Shown here piece after piece: positions 49,135-57,246 of a stretch of DNA of 64,000 nt. Position 1 is the stretch's first letter. Each line of letters begins with the position of its first letter. The stretch comes from an uncultured virus (IMG/VR IMGVR_UViG_3300025313_000005). Taxonomy: Duplodnaviria > Heunggongvirae > Uroviricota > Caudoviricetes. The translations under genes were made by a program, and so were the position numbers. The stretch is taken from IMG/VR virus record IMGVR_UViG_3300025313_000005; one strand, 5' to 3'. The notes below the pieces were generated by a model, which ran no database searches, had not been told where the DNA came from, and was given only the letters and a program-made list of their open reading frames with translations.

Positions 49135-49392
49135 ATGATAGATCCAAAAGAACACGAAAAGAAATTAATTAGACTTTATGAAGACGAAGGTGCAACCTTT
49201 ATTAAACACAAAGGTATCCCTGGCGTGTCTCAAATGCATTACGGTGTTAGGTTTGTAGAAGAAGATGAAGAAATAGTTACCATCAAATTCAAATACAATA
49301 AACCAACATACGAACCAGACAGCGAGCAAAGCAAATCAAGTGAACCAAAAGAAATACTTTCAGAGACCAATCAATCTTCAGAAACCAACTGA
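49135..49392 (+). CDS. Hypothetical protein
   Basis: AGGAG RBS; directly after a promoter. Confidence 0.6.
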   Translation: MIDPKEHEKKLIRLYEDEGATFIKHKGIPGVSQMHYGVRFVEEDEEIVTIKFKYNKPTYEPDSEQSKSSEPKEILSETNQSSETN

Positions 49393-49963
49393 GACAAATA
49401 AGCAACCACTTACTCCTCCGTCAATATTGACGGTAGATAATGAGGCTTTAACGTCTCTCGTCCCTCGTAAGAAAGTCATATCTATTCTTGCAATAGACCC
49501 GTCTAATACAACAGGTATCGTTGTTATACGATGTTCTCTTAAGGAAGGGCACAGCCCTTCTATCATAACAGCTGCTGATTTTCACCTTAAGGATATACAT
49601 CCTACTTCAGCTAGGCTTCTTGAGCTTAATCATCAACTAACTAATCTTATAGAGCATCATCGCATAGATCTTATTATTATCGAAGATATATTCTATAGAG
49701 GATTGGTGGCTACCTTTAGATATCTATCTCAAATGCGTGGTGCTATCATGCTGACAGCTGCTGCTCACAGATTGCCCATCATCGCTATCAATAATCGAAG
49801 AGCCAAGAAAGTAGTTGCAGAAAGTGGAGATGCATCTAAGTTAGATATGCAAATAGCTATAGAAGGATTAAGTGGTGTTGAAGGCCTCACAGAGGCCCAA
49901 TCTGATGCTCTGGCTCTATTTTACACGTTCATGTTGGTACCTGAACACTTCGAGAAATTATAA
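49340..49963 (+). CDS. ruvC: RuvC-like Holliday junction resolvase
   Basis: ILAIDPS..TG; IIIEDIF; QMRGAI; KKVVA.SG.ASK; SDALA. The true start may be downstream. Confidence 0.9.
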   Translation: MNQKKYFQRPINLQKPTETNKQPLTPPSILTVDNEALTSLVPRKKVISILAIDPSNTTGIVVIRCSLKEGHSPSIITAADFHLKDIHPTSARLLELNHQLTNLIEHHRIDLIIIEDIFYRGLVATFRYLSQMRGAIMLTAAAHRLPIIAINNRRAKKVVAESGDASKLDMQIAIEGLSGVEGLTEAQSDALALFYTFMLVPEHFEKL

Positions 49964-49974
49964 ATAGGAGCATT

Positions 49975-50955
49975 ATGAAAAAGAAAAACATCACAACTAC
50001 GATCAAACCACCTAAGGAATATAAGAATCCACCTCCCACAGAAGAAGAAGTTTTACTTTGGTCAATAGTTAAACGTCATAAGCAAGGCGATCAGCTAGCA
50101 ACTATAGATATGATGGATAAGTTTCACGATTTCTTAGAGCAATTCATACGTATTATTAAAATGAATACTCTTCTGTTATCATCACCTACTCAAAGACATT
50201 TTGTTAGCCTATTCATAGGCGATAAAGAAGTAGTCTACGGCTTACGTTCTAAAAAACTTAGCACTCATGTTAAGGAGGCTGCTTATAATGCAGCCTACCA
50301 CATATTCTGTTGCTATAAAATAATATCTGTAGAAGACATCCGTCAAGATATGGCGGAAGTTATAGTTAAAGCAATGAACTATTATAAGGGCACAGATGAA
50401 AACATATATTGGTTAAGATATTTTATTAAGTCTTTTATATGTAACTTTGCTCGTAAGGTCAAAGAGAACATGCGTGATCCTCTTGTGTCTATGTCAGCAG
50501 AAAACTTAATTTCCATAGACGATGAAGGGGAAAACTTGCAATTAGATGCACGTTATGGTAATATAGACCTGCAGAATGCTAGTATTGACACAGTAGAACA
50601 TCTTGGAAAAGAAAGATTGTCAACACTAGGACCAGTTGAATATCTAGATTTTGGGAATAGTGAACTTGGAATAAATTGGGTACAAGGTATTACATGCGGA
50701 GATTTATTCTCCAAGCTCTGGCCAATAGAGCGTTATTACCTTAAGCTCTTTTATTATGATGAGCTCACAATACCTAAAGCAGCTAGAATGGCTGGTATTA
50801 GTATGACAACAATGAAGCGTCGCAAGAAATCTATACTTCAAAAACTAGCAGATCTAAAAATACTCGTAGATCAAGGAGAAGATATTAGCCATATACACTT
50901 TAGGGAATATGCTTGTTTCCTAAACAAACGTGGCAATAAGCCCTTAAGCGAGTAA
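49975..50955 (+). CDS. Phage RNA polymerase sigma factor (sigma70 family)
   Basis: KQGDQLA (region 1.2-like); EDIRQD...KAMNYY (region 2); region 4 HTH LWPIERYYLKLFYYDELTIPKAARMAGISMTTMKRRKKSILQKL. Confidence 0.75.
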   Translation: MKKKNITTTIKPPKEYKNPPPTEEEVLLWSIVKRHKQGDQLATIDMMDKFHDFLEQFIRIIKMNTLLLSSPTQRHFVSLFIGDKEVVYGLRSKKLSTHVKEAAYNAAYHIFCCYKIISVEDIRQDMAEVIVKAMNYYKGTDENIYWLRYFIKSFICNFARKVKENMRDPLVSMSAENLISIDDEGENLQLDARYGNIDLQNASIDTVEHLGKERLSTLGPVEYLDFGNSELGINWVQGITCGDLFSKLWPIERYYLKLFYYDELTIPKAARMAGISMTTMKRRKKSILQKLADLKILVDQGEDISHIHFREYACFLNKRGNKPLSE

Positions 50956-50980
50956 CTAAACTAATAGGGGGTACCTAATA

Positions 50981-51835
50981 GTGTTAGAACGCAGGCTGTC
51001 ACCAGAAGAACGTGAGGAACACAGTAAACTAGCCCTTCAATTAGCATCCCAACTTGAGCAAGATCTAGATCATGTGATGCAAGCCCGTCACGCCTCAAAT
51101 ACTCGTGACTATATGGTATTCCATCCATCAGCAGTTGGTAAGTGCTTACGCAAACAAGTACTCCAAGCTTTAGTCCCATCAGAAGGTAAGGAACCCTTCA
51201 CTTCAAACACACTACGCAAATTTGACAATGGTCATTACTACCACAGTAGACTTCTCGAAGAAATGGAAGAAGCTGGTTATGTTGTTAAAGACGAACTTGG
51301 TCTTAAAAATCCTGAGGTTAATAGTGGTGGACACACAGATCAATTATGTTTAGCCAACATACCAGGATATGGTGGTCTCATGTTCTTGGTAGAAGCAAAG
51401 AGCATGAACAGTAGGTCGTTTGAAGATGCCAAGAAAAATGGCATCTCTCAAGACTATAAAGATCAATTAATGGTTTACTTACATCTAACAGGATTAACCG
51501 TAGGTATCTTTGTATGTGAGAACAAAGATAGTCAAGATAGACTCTATACACCTCTTATATATGATAGAAATACCGCATTAGCCCTTATTGATAAAGCTAA
51601 ATCATTTAATGAGAACGTAGCTAATAAAACAGTACCTCCTATACCACAAGGTCTTAATCCTTATACAACCTCACCTGGCAGTAGTAAGGAGTGTTACTAT
51701 TGTGGTCTTAAAGACTTGTGTCGTGCTAACGTAGAAGGCAGATGGAGGGTTGGAGACGAAGTAATTAAATCTATTAACACCCCTGAAGAAAAGAGCTTGG
51801 CTTTTCTAAGTAAAAAAGCCAAGAAGAAGGTCTAA
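50981..51835 (+). CDS. Cas4-like PD-(D/E)XK exonuclease
   Basis: FHPSAVGKCLRK; G..YH; GHTD; VEAKS; QLMVY; ECYYCGLKDLC. Confidence 0.85.
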   Translation: MLERRLSPEEREEHSKLALQLASQLEQDLDHVMQARHASNTRDYMVFHPSAVGKCLRKQVLQALVPSEGKEPFTSNTLRKFDNGHYYHSRLLEEMEEAGYVVKDELGLKNPEVNSGGHTDQLCLANIPGYGGLMFLVEAKSMNSRSFEDAKKNGISQDYKDQLMVYLHLTGLTVGIFVCENKDSQDRLYTPLIYDRNTALALIDKAKSFNENVANKTVPPIPQGLNPYTTSPGSSKECYYCGLKDLCRANVEGRWRVGDEVIKSINTPEEKSLAFLSKKAKKKV

Positions 51836-51839
51836 TAGA

Positions 51840-52328
51840 ATGAAAGTACGTCGCAAAAATGAATCACTAGAACATTATATACTTAAGCGTCTAGGCATAC
51901 AGTGGCTTTGGATGAGTGGTTTTAGATCTATGGCTATAGAAGTAGCTATAAGTAATTACATCCATGATGTTGCTGGATGGGGTATGACTAAATATGAGAA
52001 GCGTAGTGGTGGGCAGCCCTATGGCATAATGATAGAAGCCAAGGCTGTTAAGAGTGACTTTACTCATGCCAAAGAACAAGCCAAGCAAACTAAATTAACA
52101 GCAATGCCTATAGCTAAGAAACAATTATTTATAGCTCCCATAGGCGTAATACCCGTAGAAGATCTACCCCTTGGATGGGGACTACTAGAAGTTAAGAATA
52201 TGCGTGAAATAACATTAGTTAAGAAACCACACATACTCATACCTAAGGGTTGTCAAGGCACACGCCTTGGAGATGAGATAGCTAAAACAAACACGGCTTT
52301 GTTACTAAGTGCGCTAGGATTGCTTTAA
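51840..52328 (+). CDS. MmcB-like PD-(D/E)XK endonuclease
   Basis: AIEV...HDVAG...IEAKAVKSDF...FIAP.GVI..EDLP.GWGLL. Confidence 0.65.
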   Translation: MKVRRKNESLEHYILKRLGIQWLWMSGFRSMAIEVAISNYIHDVAGWGMTKYEKRSGGQPYGIMIEAKAVKSDFTHAKEQAKQTKLTAMPIAKKQLFIAPIGVIPVEDLPLGWGLLEVKNMREITLVKKPHILIPKGCQGTRLGDEIAKTNTALLLSALGLL

Positions 52329-52353
52329 CAAAAAACGAAAGGAAGGAAACACA

Positions 52354-52782
52354 ATGGGTGTTGAAATCTTTTTATCATCAATGAGTAATGCAACAGAATA
52401 TCAAGGAGAATATCAAGGAATTGTAGAGATATGGTTGTTGGATGGTGCAAACGACAACATACTTGCAACAATAGATAAAATATGTATAAGAAAGGACGAA
52501 GAACCCACACCATTCTTCGTAATGGGAGATATTCCAGCGCAGGTTGTTAAAAAAGAGGGGTGTTGTGGATCGATAGTGTTTAATAAGCCCTTACCAGTTA
52601 TTAAAACACCACCATCTTCTTTGAAAGTATTAATAATGCGTCAACCACCAACGGGTGACGCATATAATATAATACTAGACAAAATCGAATTTATAAAAGA
52701 AGGTTGTAGAATATCTCTAGAAGAAGCATATGGTTTTGATATTGCTGTTTTCGTTGCGAAGATGTGCCAAGGTCTTAGTTGA
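52354..52782 (+). CDS. Hypothetical protein, possibly a divergent tail-tube-like fold
   Basis: GGAAGGA RBS; PFFVMG...GSIVF...IEFIKEG.RISLE...FVAK spacing recalls myovirus tube-like proteins (from memory, not searched). Confidence 0.35.
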   Translation: MGVEIFLSSMSNATEYQGEYQGIVEIWLLDGANDNILATIDKICIRKDEEPTPFFVMGDIPAQVVKKEGCCGSIVFNKPLPVIKTPPSSLKVLIMRQPPTGDAYNIILDKIEFIKEGCRISLEEAYGFDIAVFVAKMCQGLS

Positions 52783-52786
52783 ATAG

Positions 52787-53113
52787 ATGGGGTCACTATG
52801 GATATGTGATGAATCCCACACGGGAATTATTATAGTTGATCATATTATTATTTATACCAAAGAACCATATGGTAATATGTCCATAGATACCATACAGCAT
52901 TTAGTAATACGCAATCAAAACATTTCTGTGCCTAGCTATAGTTCTATTAAGATTGAGAAATATACTATTAAGGAATATACCAGGGATTTATCTCAAGTAG
53001 AGATAATGATTGATTTTGGAGTAGATTCCTGGCACTGTCACATAAAGTGGCGTCTATATGATATATTGTATAGAAAAGACAATACATACATATGTAGTAT
53101 TGATAAGGGGTGA
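52787..53113 (+). CDS. Hypothetical protein
   Basis: 108-aa ORF filling the gap; no SD or recognised motif. Confidence 0.4.
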   Translation: MGSLWICDESHTGIIIVDHIIIYTKEPYGNMSIDTIQHLVIRNQNISVPSYSSIKIEKYTIKEYTRDLSQVEIMIDFGVDSWHCHIKWRLYDILYRKDNTYICSIDKG

Positions 53114-53117
53114 TACA

Positions 53118-53399
53118 ATGACATGGAGAGATCCTTTCTCAGAGGATAACATAGCAGCAATAAACCCACACAATAACTATAAATATACTTACTTTAAATA
53201 CTTTACATTACCACCTATTGAAACACCTAAGACTACACCAAGTAAGATACCCCATAAGTGCCCTGTATGTGCAGGTAGGGGTCATATGCCCTATAACTTT
53301 TATCAGGATATTAAAGCTATAATTACAACAGATCCAGTTAATTGTAGGAGCTGTAAGGGTACGGGTATAGTATGGGAAGTACAGGAAATAAATAGTTAA
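53118..53399 (+). CDS. Small DnaJ-type zinc-finger protein
   Basis: CPVCAGRG and CRSCKGTG (two CxxCxGxG). Start re-assigned to ATG 53118, after the GGGGTGA RBS. Confidence 0.7.
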   Translation: MTWRDPFSEDNIAAINPHNNYKYTYFKYFTLPPIETPKTTPSKIPHKCPVCAGRGHMPYNFYQDIKAIITTDPVNCRSCKGTGIVWEVQEINS

Positions 53400-53422
53400 C
53401 AACTAAGCCCTCCTAATATTTT

Positions 53423-53445
53423 ATAGCCTCGGTTTCCGAGGCTAT
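53423..53445. terminator. Perfect hairpin at the replication/structural module boundary (probable terminator)
   Basis: ATAGCCTCGG-TTT-CCGAGGCTAT; AT-rich but no clear U-run downstream. Confidence 0.6.
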
Positions 53446-53455
53446 TATTATATGT

Positions 53456-53797
53456 ATGGCTAAGCGCGAAGACGAGTTAGTAGAACATATCAAGAAAACC
53501 TCCCAAGCCGCTGTTAGTAATGTGTCTCTTAGTATTAAGTCACACAATCAACTAACGCTAGCTCCAGATGTTATTACTCAACTCTCCTCAGATAAGATAT
53601 TAGTACGTTCATTATTAATCAAATCTATGGGTTCTAACATATCCTTTATCTATATTGGCACCGAATTACTAACTACCTCTAATGGATATGTTCTAGAGCC
53701 TTCTGAGGTGCTAGGATTAGATGTTAAAGATCCTTCTAGGGTCTACTTATTATCATCTGAAGCTGCAACGATATCATGGTTAGGATTAGGTATATAA
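53456..53797 (+). CDS. Small beta-sandwich virion (decoration-like) protein
   Basis: SLLIKS..SN..FIYIG......NGYVLEPSE resembles ORF 63339 (GLILTN...N.ISFG.......GITLGAGG). Confidence 0.5.
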   Translation: MAKREDELVEHIKKTSQAAVSNVSLSIKSHNQLTLAPDVITQLSSDKILVRSLLIKSMGSNISFIYIGTELLTTSNGYVLEPSEVLGLDVKDPSRVYLLSSEAATISWLGLGI

Positions 53798-53798
53798 G

Positions 53799-54572
53799 AT
53801 GAGTAGAGCATCATCGTCAGGTAGGGGTGGCGGAGGAACTTCATCAGGTAGTAGTGGTAATAATGGATTACCTAAATCATCTCTTGTGAGTGGAGATGTA
53901 TTTGCCAGTACAACTATTACCCTAGATGCTTCTCCTGTTACGTCAGGTAAGTTTGGTAGATTACTAAGTGTAACCTTATCATCACCAGGCTTTGTTAAAA
54001 TAACCATCCAGCGCATAGAAGGCTTTATACCCACAGATATATCTACAATCATATTAACACCTGCTGAATCAGTTGAACCCATACAATTTAATGCTGCCCA
54101 CGTCATAGCTGGTAATGGCAGCAATCACTTTGCCGTGAAGGTTACTAACTTAGATGATAGCTCAGATACAACAGCCTATGCCACCATAGAGTGGTTAGAA
54201 GGAGCTACCGCCCAACAAGTTAGTGGTGGTTCAGGTGGTGGAGGAAGTACCTTTATTATGGCTGCTAATCAGTATGGTACAGCTACGGGTGTAGGTATTG
54301 CCATCACAGCTACCATAACAAGTTACTTATCAGCAGGTAGTACGTTTCTACGAGGATTTATAGCTCGTGGTACGGTAGACGGAGATGTATTCATAGAGGT
54401 AAATGGATCACGTAAATACTTTGGACGCATCAATATAGTTGCACCAAGTATAGAGGTTATCTTACCTGACCCAGAACTTTTAAGTTCTGGTACTACAGCA
54501 TCTTTACGGGTAACTAATATTGGTGAGGCTATTGGAGATTATGAAGGAACACTCCTTCTTGGTACACAATAA
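53799..54572 (+). CDS. Two-domain beta-rich virion protein with Gly/Ser linkers
   Basis: First domain (VKVTNLDD...AYATIEWLE) matches the C-terminal domain of ORF 62434 (VTVTNMDD...IYSSITWTE). Confidence 0.55.
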   Translation: MSRASSSGRGGGGTSSGSSGNNGLPKSSLVSGDVFASTTITLDASPVTSGKFGRLLSVTLSSPGFVKITIQRIEGFIPTDISTIILTPAESVEPIQFNAAHVIAGNGSNHFAVKVTNLDDSSDTTAYATIEWLEGATAQQVSGGSGGGGSTFIMAANQYGTATGVGIAITATITSYLSAGSTFLRGFIARGTVDGDVFIEVNGSRKYFGRINIVAPSIEVILPDPELLSSGTTASLRVTNIGEAIGDYEGTLLLGTQ

Positions 54573-54615
54573 TATATCTTATCTTTGCTATTAAAAATCA
54601 CAGGGTGATATACTT

Positions 54616-54822
54616 ATGGGTATAGTTGTTAATGGCAAAATACATATGCAAAGTCCTAATGGTACTCAGTGGTTAGTTAGTGCTGATGACGATGGTACAC
54701 TAGATACAGCAAGCACCACTGGATTAACAGATACCATTATCTCTTTCCCATTAATTAGCCCTCTTAATATTACTTTTACAATAACTATTACTAATGATGG
54801 TCAGTTAAATACATCAGGATAG
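54616..54822 (+). CDS. Small protein made of two SPxG/DDG modules
   Basis: SPNGTQWLVSADDDGTL and SPLNITFTITITNDGQL. Confidence 0.55.
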   Translation: MGIVVNGKIHMQSPNGTQWLVSADDDGTLDTASTTGLTDTIISFPLISPLNITFTITITNDGQLNTSG

Positions 54823-54837
54823 GATATAATTCTCTAG

Positions 54838-57168
54838 ATGTCACGTCACGTAACAGTTAATAACAATGATATCCTCACAGGTCTTAAGACCTTCTTAGTG
54901 CCTATTGTATTAGCTGGTATTACACCTGCACTTATCATGGATGATACTACCCTAGACACTACTGTATTTAGAGTACGTAAACTAAGTGGAGACATAGAGA
55001 TAGTTGATAATCTTACTAATGTAGTTTTACGATCTCTCTTAGGTACAGAAACACCTCAGTCAGTTGCAAACACATCAGATCAAGGTACGAGCACTAAACT
55101 TGCATTAGCTAATCATACACATCAAGGTGTGCGCTCCGTAAAAGCAGATGGGTTTAGTGACTTATACGGAGATGTAGCTCTTAGTTTTGGCACAGGATTA
55201 CTGTTTACTCAAACAGGTAATACTATAGGACTAGATGCTGATCTATCTAATATTGGTGCTTTAGATGTAGGGGACATAGGAAGTCAAGGTACCTCTAACA
55301 GGTTATCTCGCGCAGGACATCAACATAAGGGATTACACAGTCTAGCCAAACTTGCTTCTACTCAGTTATTTGGAGATATAATTCTCCAAGCTGGTACCAA
55401 TATGACAATTACCTTAGCTAACCAAGGTATTACGGTATCACAGTCAGGGGCTGGCGGACCACTACCTACATTCTTTAACTTACCAAATCCCCTACCTGTT
55501 ACTTCAGGAGGTACGGGATTGAATGGTTATACAATAGGTGACTTGCTTGTAGCTAATAGTACAATTAGTTTGACTAAGTTAGGTGATGTAGTTGTTGGTA
55601 ATGTTCTCTTGTCAGGTGGAGTTGGTCAGATACCCTTCTGGGGTAAGGCTAGTCTATCACAGCATTTTACAGGAACACTTATCACTACTCGCATAGCAGA
55701 TGGTTCTCCTGCAGGAAGAGCTCTTCAAACTACGGGTAGTGGAGTTGCTTACGCTCTACTTGATCTAGCTAATACAACAGGTATATTGCCCTTAGCTAAA
55801 CTTGCGGACGATATAGTAGCTAATAAACCTCTCCTATCAGGTGGACCAAGTGCTGATCCTCACTATGGAAGTTTACCTAGTGGGGTAATAACAGGAGACT
55901 TAACTCTTAGTCAAATACCAGGCGCCGCTAGTACCAACGTGCCGCTACTAGCTGGAGGCGCTGGTTCTCCTCCCGATCCAGCTTATGCACCTCTTAATTT
56001 AAGTCAGGCAAATGCTACTTCTGGAGGACCATTACCTCTTGATAGGGGTGGAACAAATAATACAACAATAGATCCAACTAATCATCGTATTATGATTTTT
56101 AATGGCAATAGTATTGTGCAAGGTCCAGGTTCTGTTAATACCGATGGACGCATACTTATAAATGCTACAGGCGGAGTACCTAAAGAAGCCAATATTATAG
56201 CAGGAACAGGTATCTCTATTGTTAATGGACCAGGTTCTATTACCATATCCTCTACAAGTGGAGGTGCCAGCGCAAGAGACCTACATGAGTGTAGGCTTGT
56301 GTTAGATGGTCTTAACTTAAGATTAAGACCCTACAATGGCAATTTCTTAACCATATACGAAGCTGGATCTCCTGTAAATAGGGCGTTTAGTGGAGATGGA
56401 CCAACACTTAGTTCATTAGGTACTTCTATTGCAACCACATATTCTATATTTGCTTATTGGGATGGCAGCAATATACAGTTAGAGAAACAAGCAATTGCCT
56501 CTGGCGGCCAAATAGATGCATATCGAGAATTTCTTACTAGTGGTTTTGTATTAATCAAGTTAGGCGATAACACACGAAGATTTGTCGGCATTGCACGTAC
56601 TAATGATGATGGTAGTGGATGGATTGATACAGAAAGTAAAAGATATTTGTGGTCATTGTTTAATCAAAGATTAAGATTTGCCCGATCATATCTACAAGTA
56701 GGAGGAGATCCTGGTATTTCTGGCACAGGTTATTGGCCCACAACAACTTTTACACCAGTAAAAATATTATGTGCTCATTCTCTATATACAGCTTTGAACT
56801 CTCTAGACAATTTTTTAGGAGAGCCAGACGTACATCTTACTGGAGAAATAACTTATTATAACAATACTGGACTATCCACTTATTTTGAAACGTACTTTGG
56901 TATAGGAGCTGGCACTGTGAGTGATACTGTATTTGCAGGACTTGGTATATATGGTGCTGGAAAGATCGCAGAAACAGTTCCTATAACTTCAGAAATTAGA
57001 GTTGTGAACATGACAAGTAGTTATAGTCGCTATGATTACTTCCCTATTCATCCATTGCCATACTCTTATTCTCCTGCATGGTTTACTTTTTTCAATGCTT
57101 CTGGAGGCATACCAAAATTAGTTAGCCAAGGCATGTCGGTGTCGCTTACCGCAACCTATATGGGTTAA
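54838..57168 (+). CDS. Tail fibre/appendage protein, paralog A
   Basis: Gly/Thr-rich; HTHQG repeats; GGTG..YTIGDLLVA; LDLANTTG; distinct C-terminal tip. Confidence 0.75.
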   Translation: MSRHVTVNNNDILTGLKTFLVPIVLAGITPALIMDDTTLDTTVFRVRKLSGDIEIVDNLTNVVLRSLLGTETPQSVANTSDQGTSTKLALANHTHQGVRSVKADGFSDLYGDVALSFGTGLLFTQTGNTIGLDADLSNIGALDVGDIGSQGTSNRLSRAGHQHKGLHSLAKLASTQLFGDIILQAGTNMTITLANQGITVSQSGAGGPLPTFFNLPNPLPVTSGGTGLNGYTIGDLLVANSTISLTKLGDVVVGNVLLSGGVGQIPFWGKASLSQHFTGTLITTRIADGSPAGRALQTTGSGVAYALLDLANTTGILPLAKLADDIVANKPLLSGGPSADPHYGSLPSGVITGDLTLSQIPGAASTNVPLLAGGAGSPPDPAYAPLNLSQANATSGGPLPLDRGGTNNTTIDPTNHRIMIFNGNSIVQGPGSVNTDGRILINATGGVPKEANIIAGTGISIVNGPGSITISSTSGGASARDLHECRLVLDGLNLRLRPYNGNFLTIYEAGSPVNRAFSGDGPTLSSLGTSIATTYSIFAYWDGSNIQLEKQAIASGGQIDAYREFLTSGFVLIKLGDNTRRFVGIARTNDDGSGWIDTESKRYLWSLFNQRLRFARSYLQVGGDPGISGTGYWPTTTFTPVKILCAHSLYTALNSLDNFLGEPDVHLTGEITYYNNTGLSTYFETYFGIGAGTVSDTVFAGLGIYGAGKIAETVPITSEIRVVNMTSSYSRYDYFPIHPLPYSYSPAWFTFFNASGGIPKLVSQGMSVSLTATYMG

Positions 57169-57246
57169 TTAATAATTAACCTGATAAGGGGTTAGTTAAA
57201 GGAATATAAAAGGAGCTTTGCTCGATTTTATGAATCGGAGATTCAA

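Noticed and set aside
48153..51835. CRISPR-Cas locus suggested by Cas4-like genes
   Set aside because: No repeat-spacer array or other cas genes seen; solo Cas4-like nucleases are common in phages.
54585..54614. Promoter-like TTGCTA-18 bp-TATACT with TG extension
   Set aside because: The -10 box ends 1 nt before the ATG at 54616, so it could not transcribe that start codon; weak support.
57231..57245. TGAATC-GGA-GATTCA hairpin over the RBS of fibre B
   Set aside because: A 6-bp AT-rich stem with a 3-nt loop is too weak to distinguish from chance.
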